DNA of 64,000 nt from Octopus vulgaris. Lineage: Eukaryota. The stretch is from positions 63,922,001 through 63,986,000 of the forward strand of contig OX597832.1 of NCBI GenBank assembly GCA_951406725.2, given 5' to 3'. The position numbers were made by a program, and so were the translations under genes. Below are positions 1 to 13,517 of this stretch, piece by piece. The notes below the pieces were generated by a model. It was not told the origin of the DNA, ran no database searches, and saw only the letters and a program-made list of their open reading frames with translations. Numbering within the stretch: position 1 is the first letter of the stretch; every line of letters begins with the position of its first letter.

Positions 1-33
<33 letters not shown>

Positions 34-526
34 CACACACACAACACACACACACACATTCCAATCCCACTTTTTCTCTCTACAAAGAAAAAGATTAAAA
101 TATCTATTGGTGCCATCACTTTACTTTCCAGAATGAGGCCAAAATGTTTAACAATTGCAGCGTGGAAGGTGTTTTACCAAAACATGGTATACCTTTCATT
201 TCCAATGATCAAAAAACGTTGTGTATTGCAATGTTAATTATATACGTTATTAAATATTTAATGCTATTGCCATTAGAGTAGAATGGCTTCTGTTTGGCCT
301 AAAGTAATATGGACCTAAACTTCAACGTCCAATTGAACCGCATCTGCTGATGTTCATAGGCAGACTCTTTTTTTCTTTTCAAGATCGGAGAGTGTAATAT
401 GAAGGAATTTGGCTCAATGAGCAATTACACACAAACTTCCTCTTTGACTTACTAATTCTTGAGGATACATTTTGAAGGATGATAGAAAATGGTAATAACA
501 ATATTCGACATCTCTCTCTCTCTCTC

Positions 527-594
<68 letters not shown>

Positions 595-872
595 AAAACG
601 AGTCGGACAAAATGCCTTGCTATAATTTATTCTGATTCTTAATCTGAGTTCCAATCATAGAATCTTGTACCAATCACGGAAAGCTTTTCTAGTGAACTTG
701 GCTACCATTCCAAATAGCAATCCGATACGGAGGAGTATAATTTAGAGTTTTATGCAGTTGAATTCTAGGAGATCCAATCTATCAAATTTATTCCTGAGGA
801 GCATATAGACCATAAAGGAGTATACAGACCATAGAAAGTCAGGAAGTATGAGAAGTGAATACGTTTATTTAA

Positions 873-920
873 CTACTTGATATCCGTAGGATTTCGGCCG
901 GTTCGCAGCCTTCATCATGT
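873..920 (-). ncRNA. Degenerate type I hammerhead-like fold (Penelope-type terminus), probably inactive
   Basis: Minus strand reads ATGATGA-A-GGCTG-CGAAC-CGGCC-GAAA-TCCTACGGA-TA. Stems II and III pair, but C3 is replaced by A and stem I is poor. Confidence 0.5.
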
Positions 921-1502
921 AATAATAATAATTTTAGTGTATGATAAATTATTTTACATACTGCACCAATATGCATGTTACATATTGCACTGTACGTTGA
1001 AGTACATTTACAAATCAATGCTGCTATAGAAGGCTAGATCTTCAGATCACCTGAACTTCATGGTTACATCAACGATTCAATTCTGAGTCGAAGCAAGGCC
1101 TTGATAAATCAAGTAAAGACATCAGTCATATCATTCATGGGGGAAAATTAGAATTAACGAGAACTAGTATCATATAGAACGATTAGTCAAATCTTATACA
1201 GTAAAGAAATATCAGTAATAAACAACATGAACTAAGTAGGCGAGGTTTTTCTTCATTTTTTTAAAAAACCGAAATGAGTTAAGAGAATAACTCAGTGGCG
1301 TGTCTTTGAAGAAAATAGACACAGATATAACAAATAGCATACAACATAAATTCTTGATTTATTAAGACTACTGTCTCCGTATCTAGATGATGTGTCACAA
1401 CTACCAGATGGCCATTGAGACCGGGTTCACTTGAGAAAGGGAGATAATCTCAAGAATCAAGAATTCTTTAAAGTCAACATTCCATTATAGAAAAGGACAG
1501 GC

Positions 1503-1601
1503 TTATTGTCTGGAGACAAAAGGATAGTCGCTGTCACGTGTTTCTGCCTGAATGGACGTTGGCAGCACGAGAATTACTCGACCTGTAGCCAAGCCTCTGA
1601 C
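1503..1601 (-). CDS. Candidate terminal coding exon of the minus-strand host gene (phase uncertain)
   Basis: Strong acceptor gtattgctttcag|GTCAGAGG at 1602/1601 in non-repetitive sequence. Phase 0 gives VRGLATGRVILVLPTSIQAETRDSDYPFVSRQ*; phase 1 gives QRLGYRSSNSRAANVHSGRNT*. Unique, UTR-like sequence follows. Confidence 0.35.
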   Translation of the reverse strand, partial: VRGLATGRVILVLPTSIQAETRDSDYPFVSRQ

Positions 1602-1824
1602 CTGAAAGCAATACCATAGTTTCGAAATTGTGATTCATAGTGAATTCTGTGTGAATAAAGATACAGGAATAAAGGATGACGCATGATACAATATAAATAT
1701 TGATGACAAAAACAGCAACAGAAACAATTCAACAACAGTCACAGTTGTGTGGTTGCTTAAACATGTGGAGGCTTCACATGCGTGACACATAAATATACGT
1801 GTGAGTGAGTGTGTGTGTGTGTGT

Positions 1825-1861
<37 letters not shown>

Positions 1862-2003
1862 AATAATATGCATACCTATGTATATAATATATATATGTTA
1901 CAGATATATGTATGCCTGAATATAAATGTATAGATGTATATGCTAATATGTAAACGTATAGAAATAAGCATGTATGTATTGCATATAGATGTACATATGC
2001 ATT

Positions 2004-2081
<78 letters not shown>

Positions 2082-2311
2082 TATGTATAAATATTACAAA
2101 AAGAAAATACCTAATTTCTTAACGAACACTATACTTCAGCAAGAAGCAATAACATATTCAGGTGCATCTCAGGTGATAATTACGGTATTGAGTGAGAGCA
2201 GGCATTCGGTGTGGCGTCACAATTAGTGAACAAGTTTGTTCCTTAACACCTGTATATATATATATATATCTGTAGTGAGCGTGTAAGTGTGTGTGTGTGA
2301 TGTTTAGGTAC

Positions 2312-2366
<55 letters not shown>

Positions 2367-2577
2367 GAAGTATGTGTGATATCTATGTGATAAGTACATG
2401 TTATATAAAACGTGTATATAATTATATGTAGTATGTATGTAGGTTATATTTATGCGTCAAAATACACTTGAACTTATGTACTTTCATATATTCATACGCA
2501 CACTTGCGCACGCATGAAAAAACGTGCGCGTGCACATACACGCATATAACATACATAATCGCGCGCGCGCACACACG

Positions 2578-2616
<39 letters not shown>

Positions 2617-3034
2617 AGATACACAAATACAAGTGCCTCGTGTATAGAAATATATCACAAACAAAAGTGAGCTAGACATGTATATATAAACCTGTGTGAT
2701 ATGTGAATACATTTAGAATATCAACAATATATATATATATAGATAGATAGATGTGAAAAAAAAATTGGTCAATTTTCGGAGCTCAAAGAACAAACATAGA
2801 ATTAAGGAACTTTCATGCAGTTGGTTAATTTTGATTGATATGGAATATGTAAGGAAAAAAAAGGAAAGAAAGAAGGAAAAGAAGAGAAATAATAAGCTAT
2901 GCGAAAGAAGACGAAGAAGATGGCGGAAGAATGTAAAAAATAATATATGGAAGGGCAATTAGTAGACATGGACATAATTTTATTTTAACATTGCTTTTCA
3001 ACGAAGGCGTTTAGAGTTATGTATATGCAACATA

Positions 3035-3084
<50 letters not shown>

Positions 3085-3484
3085 CACACAGCTATGATAT
3101 ATGTATATAATACACACAACTATAATATATATATAATACACACATAGAATATCGCTCATGTGTATTATATGCGTATAAAGACAGATATGAATATGTATGC
3201 CTATAAATAAGTGATGTAATATATAGCATACGTTTATGCATGTATAATACATATATGTCTCTATATATGATGTGTGTGTATATATGGATATATAGGTACA
3301 TATGTAACATATACATTGGTATTTGATATAGAATAGTTTTATATATACATTTATGACAATATATATATATAATGCAATATGAATGTGTGTATTTGGGAAT
3401 ACATACTATTTGTATAACCAACTATCCTTACCTAACCTTATTTAGGTATTTGACCGCTAGAATGAATGTGTGTGTTTGCGCGCG

Positions 3485-3515
<31 letters not shown>

Positions 3516-3675
3516 GTATATATATGTAATTTCGTGTGATGGAAAATATGTGAATATGGACAAATGCAATGCTAATTTATATATATTAATTGCGAGTGTC
3601 ATAAACGCGTGGTTGTGGCTATGTATGGTTGCCAATATTTAGGTGAATTTGATATACACACACATACGTGTATAC

Positions 3676-3782
<107 letters not shown>

Positions 3783-4216
3783 CATATATATATATACATG
3801 AACGTATGTACAAGATAGAAGAGCAGCAAGGACGTTATCCAACAAACTCTGTTTATTCTTTGATTTTCAGCAACATAAGCGAACAAACGTTTCGTGCAAA
3901 TAAATAATGCAGAAGCAAGGGTTGTGGGGTGTGGCATGCTGCATACATTATATCGTTGTTGTTGTCGTTGTTGGTGGTGATGGTCGTGATTGTTGTCGTG
4001 GGAGGATACATGTGATAATGGTGATGGTTGTTTTTCTGTTTTGGTGTTGATAATGTTGGTGGTGCGGGTGCCGTTGGGGGCGGTGGTGGTGCTGCTGCTT
4101 TTTGCTGTGTTGGAAGAACTTTCTATGATGATATTTGTAACGATGCTGATGTTAATGATGATGGTTTAATTTGATGACAATGACGATGTGGACAAATTCA
4201 AATGATAATAATAATA

Positions 4217-5150
4217 ATCCTTTCTACTAGAGGCACAAGGCCTGAAATTTGGAGAGAGGGGACTAGTCGATCACATCAACCCCCAGTGTTTCACTGGTAC
4301 TTATTTCATCGACCCCGAAAGAATGAAAGGCAAAATCAACCTCGACCGAATTTGAACTCAGAACGTAGCGAAGGGCGAAACACTGCTAAGCATTTCATCC
4401 AGCGTGCAAACGATTCTGCCAGCTTGCCACCTTAATAGTAATAATAATAATCCTTTCTATTCTTGGCACAAAACCTGAAATTTGGGGGAGGGGATAGTCG
4501 ATTACATTGACCCCAGTATTCAACTGGTAATTATTTTATTGTCCCCCAAAAGATGTAAGGCAAAATTGACCTTGGCGGAATTTGAACTCAGAACGAAGTG
4601 GCAAACGAAATACCCCTAAGTATTTCGCCCGACGTGCTAACCATTATGCCAGCTCGCTGCCTTGATGATGATGATGATGATAATCATCATCATCATACTT
4701 TATGTTATAAACACAAGGCCTAAAATTTTGCGGTAGGAGGCCAGTCAATGTAAGTGACCACAGTGTTCAACTTTATCGACCCCGAAAGGATGGTGGAATT
4801 TGAATGCGTAACAATAATACTCATGGTTTCTAATTAGGACACAGCTAGATTTGAAACGAACGGTTTAGTCGATTACATCGATCTCAGTATTTGGCCGGCA
4901 CTTTATATTATCGACCCCGAAAGGGTGACGAGTAGAGTTGACCTCGGCGAGATTTGAGCTCAGAATGCAAAATACTGCAATTTTTAAAGGAGTGACTGTC
5001 ACTCGGTACCAGCTAACTTAGTGTTTAACTGGCATTTTCATTTATCGATTCCAGAAGGATGAAAAAATAAAGTTGACCTCGGCAGGATTTGAACTTGAAA
5101 AATCGGAACAAATCCCACAAAGCATTTTCCAAAAGCTTTAACGATTGTTG
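4217..5150 (-). mobile_element. Tandem array of about 5 copies of tRNA-derived SINE family A, separated by (AAT)n/(GAT)n
   Basis: Minus-strand consensus: AAGGCGGCGAGCTGGCAGAATCG (A box) ... GAGTTCAAATTCC (B box) ... GCCTTTCATCCTTTCGGGGTCGATAAA ... GGCCTTGTGCCT..TAGAAAGGA(TTA)n. Best copies are 4217-4433 and 4450-4664. Confidence 0.9.
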
Positions 5151-5262
5151 AAGATCTGAAAGTCGAAAATATCTGCACTGCCACATCATAAATGGACAAA
5201 GTTATATTTTCTTTTGAATATTTTTATGGCTTAGTTATAGGGTCTTTGAAGGATCTTAGGGC

Positions 5263-5545
5263 AGGCACTCCGTCAGTTACGACAACGAGTTCTCCAGTTG
5301 ATCCGATCAATAGAACAGCCTGCTCGTGAAATTGAAATACAAGTGGCTGAGCACACCGCAGATACGCGTACCCTTAACGAAGTTCTCCGTTGAAATTCGG
5401 CATGACACAGAATGTGACAAGACTGGCGCCTTTTGAATTACAGGTGCTACTCATTTATGACAGCCAGGTGAACTGGATCAGCATGAAATAACATGTCTTG
5501 CTGAAGGACACAACGCACCGCCATGTATCGAACTTCTGACCTTTC
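5263..5545 (-). mobile_element. SINE sharing its 3' half with family C (14731-15110) but with a different central segment
   Basis: Reverse complement matches ...TTTCACGAGCAGGCTGTTC..TTGATCGGATCAACTGGA...CTCGT.GTCGTAACTGACGGAGTGCC. A B-box remnant GTTCGATAC lies near 5530. Confidence 0.75.
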
Positions 5546-6156
5546 CGCTCACAACTATATGCATACACAAACACTGACATATTCGTGTGTATGTGTGTGT
5601 TTCGTGTCCATATCCAGTCGTCGTTGTGTATTTGTTAAGATGTGACTATTGGTTCCACATCTGACATTGTCCAAAATATTTGGTGAATAAAACTCGATAG
5701 AAACGGATTTTAAACATCGGGAAGCTTTTTGCAGTTGTCGTGACTTAGCGTGCCACGTTATCTGCCTTAGTGTAGCATGACGTCATCTCGTTTGTGATTT
5801 ATGACGTAAGTTTTTTTCGGCTTTTGTAATTTTAAATTTAGCCAGAAAAGTTAGAGGGGGGCTTTTTTACTATGGTACCACTGACTGGTCTTAATTCTTG
5901 CAATAGAATGGTAAATATAACTTGACAAATTAAATGCAAGACCAAGCAGCAGTTTCATTGAGATTTGATCCTGATTTGCCTGATTCATAATAACGATTTT
6001 TTAAAATAAGAACTTTAAAATCTCTGATGTATCAGGTCCAGAAAACACAAGGACCAGAGACCAACTTTTGGACGCATAGATGTCTGTAGTCGATCTATAT
6101 GAATTCGCAGCTATTATACAGACGAAAGTTGTGCTCTATTACGTAGTGAAGAACAC

Positions 6157-6216
<60 letters not shown>

Positions 6217-6218
<2 letters not shown>

Positions 6219-6357
6219 CCTTTCTGCTATAGGCACAATGCCTGAAATTTTGAGGGCGGTGGACAATCGATTACATCGACACCAGTACTCAACTGGTACT
6301 TGATTTATCGACCCCGAAAGGATGAAAGGCAAAATCGATCTGTTAACTCGCCACCTT
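6217..6357 (-). mobile_element. SINE family A, internally deleted copy, with (TTA)n tail at 6159-6217
   Basis: Matches the family A consensus, including atcgaccccgaaaggatgaaaggcaaa on the plus strand. Confidence 0.85.
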
Positions 6358-7299
6358 AATAATAATGATGATGATGACTGTTATTCATGGTGATGATGAT
6401 GATGATGATGATGATAACTGCAATAACTTAGATCGGTGATAGTGGTGGCTGGTGTTGGCAGGAGGAGCACGATGTCATTATTAAATGATGCAGTGTGTTG
6501 CAAGTATTCATCCTTGTTATTATGATTATAATTACCTGGGATTTAGAATGTTCTGCTTGAGGTAAGTTCCAAAAACGAGCGTTTAGTTATTGTAGGTTGT
6601 GTGTGGTTTCTGTTGTGCGTGTGCATGTATGTGTGTGCTGTGCTTGTTGTGATGTGCTAAGTTGTGAGTGTGTGTGTGTGTGTGAATGTGTGTGTGTGTG
6701 AGAGAGAGAGGAACGGTGGGTGAAGTTGAAAGATAGACCCCCCCCCCACCAAAAAATAACCCGAAAAATACAAAAAGCATGGCTGAATGGTTGTTGTGTA
6801 GCAAATAGTTTAGGGAATCATGGGGAAAATGGTTGATGTGTGTGTGTGTGTGTGTGTGCGTGTGTGTTTGTTTATGAGACCGTTGATTTAGGAAGAATGA
6901 AAATGGCGATGAGAGGGTGCTAGATTTCGTCTTGATGTGTTTTTAAAAACAAGAAAATAATGTAATAGAAGTAGGGGTCTTAATAGCACCAAGTAGTAGG
7001 TAAATGGTAGTGGACCCGATTAAACTTGATGTATTGATTAATCAATTAATTAATTTATATTGAAAAAAGAATTGCTCTTAGTAATGCGGTCAACCATTAG
7101 CTGACTGATTAAATTGGTGAAGGGAAAAAAGGCAAGGGAAATAATTCAGAAAAATTTTATTTTAATAGACATTTAATAGACATTTAATAGACAGCGCAGA
7201 GAGTAGTGAGGGTCTGTGTCATAATTAGTTGTAGTAGTTGTAGTAGTACTGTTGGTGGTAGTAGTAACGGCCGTAGTTGTTGTTGCGGTATTTGTTCTT

Positions 7300-7890
7300 T
7301 CTATTGTTTAACTCAGGTCTGCATCGAACAGACATATGATCAAAGGCGTTCCATTCACGACCATGCCGTCTTCCTTATTTTAATCACACGTGCTATGTCT
7401 AGAGTTACATTATCCAAGTTGTCATAATAACAAACGAGGGGCTTCGTTGTTGATTAGCTCCTGGTCAGTTCTTCATAGACATATGGACATAGAAAATCCT
7501 GTTTTTGTTTTTTTAAAGGCTTGGTGTATCTAGGACTACGCCATCAGCCGGCGCCTTCCCTGTTTTTAAAGACTCTAAGCTGTGATATTAGAATGACTAT
7601 GTCTCGGAGTGACCACTATCATAGAGCAGATCTCTGACAATAGACTATGTCGAATTTTGTTTCGAAAGGCTGGTGTGTCTAGAACTACGTTATTAACCTG
7701 TCTTATTTGAAAATCAGTGTCTGCTACGAGCAGTCACGTGTCATAGAGCAGGACAAACACCCCAACCGTAACATCCCATTTTTTTTTCTTGTTTTATCTA
7801 AAGACCACAGCATTATCCAGCGCTTTTATAGTTTTTAAAGACTGTTAGGTGTGATTTGAAAATGATTGTCTTATAAGAGTGATCACGCAT
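7300..7890. repeat. About 3 diverged tandem copies of an old interspersed repeat; related copies near 370-440 and 31500-31620, inverted at 62280-62460
   Basis: Recurring blocks tgtatctaggactac / gtttttaaagact / tgtgatttga / tcatagagcag. Confidence 0.5.
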
Positions 7891-8013
7891 GCGCAAACAA
7901 GAGTTGCCATATTTTACTGTTGTGATAGATTTGTGCTGTTACGTTTATTGCGGTCGTGTTTCTAACGATTCATTTAATTCTTGATCATTGCAATTGACCA
8001 AAACAATAACTAA

Positions 8014-8068
<55 letters not shown>

Positions 8069-8831
8069 TGCAACATTTGGCCGCGTTACGAAGGCTCAAC
8101 ATAGCAATCGTGTTGGTGTTATTGCTAGTGGTGGTATGAGTAAAAGCAGTAGTGGGAATTGCAGTAGAAGTAGTGATGTAGTAGTTGTAGCTTTTTAAAA
8201 ATAATTGGATGGTCACGTTTGGAATACATCCAAGGAAAGATAATGGGAGGTTTTATAAAACAAGAGGTTTTATTTCGGGGTGTCCGCGAAAAGCGAAACG
8301 GGAGTGCTTATTTCCTAATGCTAACTACCCCCGTAGTGATGGTAGTAGTAGTAGTGGTGGTTGCAGTGGTAGTTTTAGTAGGGAGTGGTGCCTGCAATAA
8401 TTAGTGACCGTGGTGGTTCGCGCAGCTGCTGGTTTGTGCCACAAGAACGAGGATGGGGTCGGTTAGAGTTAGGTGACATTGTTAAAAAAAACAGGTGCTT
8501 ATATGATGATGATTGTGTTGATGGTGATGAAGACAGCGCTAGCAGACACAATAATGATGCAGATGAGGATGGCGTTGATTATTTGGGTGTGTGCACGGAT
8601 GGATGGATGGTCTGTAGTTGTAGTATTTGTGATAGTAGTAGCGTTAGTATTAGTGGTGTTAAAGGTGACTGTGGTAGTGGTTACAGTATGGTTGTGGTTG
8701 TTTTTTTTGTTAGTGGTTGTGGTGTAGGTGCCGGTCGTAACCGAACTGACTGTAGCAGTCGGATGAAGGCAGTAATTTACCCAGCAATTTACTATGACAA
8801 TTCCTCGAATAATAATAATAATAATAATGAT

Positions 8832-8898
<67 letters not shown>

Positions 8899-9498
8899 CT
8901 TTCTAATTTTGGTACAAGGCCACAGATAAGGGAGGGAGGCAGGAGTTGTGTAAACGATTTAACCGATCAGCACTACTTGCCTGTTCCTTCCATCGGCATC
9001 AGATGGATAAAAAGTAAATTGAATCCAGGATGAAGAAAAATAAACAACAACAATAAATAAATAAATAAAATGAAATAATCACCATTCACAATTGGTGTTT
9101 CATTAGCTGCATACATGCTCGAATCACTCGAAATATTTAAAACCTTTCATTCGTCCAAACAGTTGAAATTAGTCAATGAGACGACCTTTCCTTTCCACTC
9201 AACATCATTTCGAACAACAAAAAGTATTTCACCAACGAAACATTTTATCGTACAAGCACTACATTTTAAGCTCACTGCTTTCTTTCAAATACTTCAAGCA
9301 ATCATATTAATCTCAATGTTTCAAATACGATCGTTTCGACTCACACTCATCTGATTCCCCGCTAATAAACCACTCCTTTTTCCTTTCTTCCTTTTACACT
9401 TTCCTCTTTTGCTCCTTTTCTAAACACTAACACACAAACACGAAAAGTTTTCCTTTCCCTTCCTTGAATCCTAATTAACACACACACATACTCTCTCC

Positions 9499-9624
<126 letters not shown>

Positions 9625-9632
9625 AGTGTGTG

Positions 9633-9680
<48 letters not shown>

Positions 9681-10265
9681 TTTATCTTAAGTTCGAAATG
9701 TGTAATGTATGTTTTATAATTCGTACCTTCGATTATTTTTCATACCTAAAGGCTTCGTGCGGTTGACATTGGTAAACTGTACTCGTCGATAAATTTCCCC
9801 AAATCAGACTATATATCTTAACAAAATGGTTCCCTCCATAAGTACTCGCAGTTTCACGCAAAGCTTTCATTCAAAAATTATGCGATGCCTTTGCGCTCAG
9901 TCTCTGTCTGTCAACTTCCACAAACTAGGCATTTGAAAACCTGCAGTTAAAAAGCTTGCCCAAGATGCCACGCAGTATGGTCAAAGACTGTGTTTTTTGA
10001 CTAACAAATTTTAAAACACTATCGTTAAATGTGCGGGTAGCAGTGGCACTATTAGTGACTGCAATAGTAACAAGATTGTATTGAGTACGTCCTGTTGAAT
10101 GTTTTTGTTGCTGCAGAACTATTGATAGGAGAAACTGCAGGGGTTATGGTAGTAGTAGAAGTACTCGAAGTAATAACATAAACAACGAAGTAATAATGGT
10201 GACTTTGGTTGTTCATTGCAAAATCTGTCATCGATAAACTTAAAACTGAATTATAGCAATAATAA

Positions 10266-10440
10266 TTTTGGCTCAGGAGCAGCAGTTATAGGGGTAGGTG
10301 CCAGTCGATTACTCAATCTTAGAACATGTCTGGTACTTTATTGTTATATTATCGACCCCGAAAAGCTGAAAGGCAAAGCTGACCTCGGCGGCATTTGAAG
10401 TCAGAAAATAAGGAGACAGAAGAAATGCCAGCTCGCTACC

Positions 10441-10442
<2 letters not shown>
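10266..10442 (-). mobile_element. SINE family A copy
   Basis: Plus strand atcgaccccgaaaagctgaaaggcaaagctgacctcggcggcatttgaa...tgccagctcgctacct, flanked by (AAT)n. Confidence 0.85.
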
Positions 10443-10496
<54 letters not shown>

Positions 10497-10573
10497 GGAT
10501 AATAAGGATAATAATAAACATTAGTTAAAATGCATGGTATTGATGAACATTTGTTCCCCCTCATATGACATAC

Positions 10574-10659
10574 AACCTCCTCACTCTGCATCCAAGCATG
10601 CCATTCCTGCCTCAACCTCAAACAGGGCCAGCCCATGAGAGAAACATCCGTTTCTGTCT
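10574..10659 (-). CDS. Candidate internal coding exon (phase 1 in, phase 0 out): ETETDVSLMGWPCLRLRQEWHAWMQSEEV
   Basis: GC-balanced unique island with a long polypyrimidine tract (tttttttcttcttttatgtcctgatttcggttcag|) and donor |GTATGT at 10573. An alternative frame gives DRNGCFSHGLALFEVEAGMACLDAE*. Product not recognised. Confidence 0.45.
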
Positions 10660-10734
10660 CTGAACCGAAATCAGGACATAAAAGAAGAAAAAAACAAGCA
10701 AACAAGCAAAAATTATAAAATAAATAAAATGAAA

Positions 10735-10970
10735 CTAATGAGTGAATAAATAAATAAATAAACAAGTAAAAACCAAGGCAAATAAAAGCAGCACCAAGTT
10801 CAAGACTACGTGAAGGCAAGCCAACATGAAGGCAAAAATCAAAAGCAAGACCAAGATCTGAAGCAAGACCGAAACCCAGATCAGGCGACGATGAGCCAAG
10901 TTATAAGGCCTATTCCAAGCCGAAACTAAGTCAAGCCGTGATAAGGCTATAAACTTATTGACCGACAAAC
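10735..10970 (-). CDS. Candidate alternative terminal exon encoding a hydrophobic, putatively membrane-anchoring tail
   Basis: Weak acceptor ttag|GT at 10971/10970, phase 1. Reads GLSVNKFIALSRLDLVSAWNRPYNLAHRRLIWVSVLLQILVLLLIFAFMLACLHVVLNLVLLLFALVF...*, with mixed non-microsatellite codons. Confidence 0.3.
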
Positions 10971-11435
10971 CTAACGACCGACAAACCAATTAACAACTTA
11001 CAACCAAGCCATACACACGCACATCCACACACAGACACACACACACACACACACCTGTTAAGGACTATAAAATTCCTTTTACTTTTTCTCTTCTTTTCTT
11101 CTTTTTCCCCTGTTTTTCTTTCTTTGTTATTGTATTTATTATTGTATTTACACTGTGTATGTATGTGCGGGTGTTTAATATTTAATATAAAAATTTTTTC
11201 ACTTGGTTCAATTGTCAATTAATTATTTATAAACGTTATTTGTGGTTGTTCGTGGTAGTTGTGTTTAGCTAAAAGTGCTAAGTTCTAGAGCTCCGAAAAC
11301 CGGGAGTTTGGCTTTCCTGTATAATATGTGATTATTAGAGGCTGTTTCTTGGTTGGGGTGGTGAAAGTTGACACCCCACCCATCGGGGTCTGCAATAGAA
11401 AGAGGAACACACACCGATATATACGCATATATATA

Positions 11436-11486
<51 letters not shown>

Positions 11487-11784
11487 ATTATATATGTATA
11501 AACGTATATATATACGTATATATATATACATATATATACGTATATAAATATATATATACATAAATATACATATATATATATATATATATATGCATATATG
11601 TACGCATATATAGATATACATATATACACCTACGTATATTATATATATATATATGTATATATATTATTACTACAACTTCCCGACATTTTTATGCTTGCTT
11701 CGAACGAAGTGATATTCGTCGAGAAGTGCATCATGTCTTTCCATATATATATAAGTAATACCAATGATGATGATGATGATGATA

Positions 11785-11863
<79 letters not shown>

Positions 11864-12207
11864 TTTCAAAAGAAAGTTCAAGATCAGAATCTGGAAGTTG
11901 GGTGACAACCGACGACGTAGACTCTAGAAATTCAACTGGTATTTTATTCATCATTCATCGACGCCTGACCTCAGTTAGAAGAATGACATTATGAAGATTC
12001 GAAACAACAAAGTCAACATGCCACAGATTTATAATCGACGAGGCTGTTGACTTTACGAATCCACAACTCGAATACTTATTTATTTCGTTGACTCCGGGCG
12101 AAAAGACGAAGGCATTATTAATGAGATTTCATCTCCGTTCGTATAAGGGACATAAATAATTAAAAACATTTTATGATTTGGTTCGCCTCACACTAAACCT
12201 ACTTATG

Positions 12208-12280
<73 letters not shown>

Positions 12281-12284
12281 GAAT

Positions 12285-12505
12285 TTCTTCCTAATTTCGA
12301 CGGCTCAAGACCACAATTTTAAACGGAGGGAGAAGTCGATAGCATGAAACACTAGTGCGGAACTGTAGTTATTTTCTCACCCCCACCCCGCGATAGGCTG
12401 CAAGGCAAAGTTGACCTTGGCCTCATATGAACTCAGAACGTAAATAACCGGAAAAAATGCTGTTAAGCATTTGGTCCGACATGCTAACGATTCTGCAGCT
12501 TACTA
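12285..12505 (-). mobile_element. SINE family A, diverged copy (another at about 11864-11990)
   Basis: Plus strand aaggcaaagttgaccttgg...tgaactcagaacgt...aagcatttggtccgacatgctaacgattctgcagct after an (AAT)n tract. Confidence 0.8.
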
Positions 12506-12857
12506 TTATGAAAAAAAGAAAGAAAAATTCCCTGAAAAGGCATGAATCAACACCGACCACAAACATAAGGAGAATAAGTTGAATTAGCGAAGATATACGC
12601 ACTATTGAAACCATTAGGTTATACTGAAAACTACACATACATACATATACATACATACATACATACATGCATATATATATATATACATATATATATATAT
12701 GTATATACATACATATATATGTATATACATACGTATATATACATATATATATGCATATGTACATACATATATATATATATATACATACATATATACACAT
12801 ATATATATATACATACACACATATATATGTATGTATATATATATATATATATACATT

Positions 12858-12903
<46 letters not shown>

Positions 12904-12906
<3 letters not shown>

Positions 12907-13517
12907 GTTGGTCCATGACCTCTTAAAAATATGGAGGAGGTCATGAGCCAACAGGTTTTGGGATCTGACGATACGTCATAAATCAAAACCCTTTATGCAC
13001 AGAAAACCTAAGGTAATCCCATAAACTGGCGTTCCCCATTTTTAATATTTACTGCTCTACATCTTGGAGTGTGCGTCTTCTTTCGGTTAGCCATATTCAA
13101 ATGGCAAATATACGTCACGATGTGTTGCTGCTACTGTTTATAACTCGCTCTGAGATTTATCATTGTTTGATTTCACTTTTTCAATATCAGTGTCAATCGA
13201 TACTGGAAAAAGTATATGTATTTGTGAAGGGAACCGACTTCTCATCGACAACTATGACTGTCACACGCCGATGACGGGTCAATACCCTGAAATTCGAGTC
13301 CGTGTGTATCATAAGTTGAAGACGGCAAGGATGGCTTCCCTTCGCAAATACTGATAGGGCAGAGAAAGTGTGTCTATAGCCAGCTGGAAGAGGTGTCCTC
13401 CTGGGGCTACAAACTACAGTAGCATCCACCCTTAGGGGGTTAGCCATATTCAAATGGCAAATATACGTCACGATGTGTTGCTGCTACTGTTTATAACTCG
13501 CTCTGAGATTTATCATT
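12904..13517 (+). mobile_element. Penelope-pLTR/retrozyme-like insertion between (TA)n tracts, with a 353-bp period and a hammerhead
   Basis: Perfect 80-bp direct repeat (13085-13164 = 13438-13517), internal hammerhead at 13262-13306, and a 5' hairpin at 12904-12954. Confidence 0.75.
13262..13306 (+). ncRNA. Minimal type I hammerhead ribozyme (U4C variant), predicted cleavage after GUC at 13300
   Basis: CACACG-CCGATGA-C-GGGT-CAAT-ACCC-T-GAAA-TTCGAG-TC-CGTGTG: 6-bp stem I, 4-bp stem II, near-palindromic stem III. Confidence 0.8.

Noticed and set aside
4217-5150. Regularly spaced repeats resembling a CRISPR array
   Set aside because: Units are about 200-bp diverged SINEs with Pol III boxes, there are no unique spacers or cas genes, and the context is eukaryotic.
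6536-6609. Possible minus-strand exon with donor CCCAG|GTAATT
   Set aside because: Stops occur in all three frames from the obvious acceptor and there is no polypyrimidine tract. A 17-nt microexon is conceivable but unsupported.
8385-8906. 173-aa plus-strand ORF
   Set aside because: Built from degenerate GAT/GGT/AGT/AAT triplet repeats.
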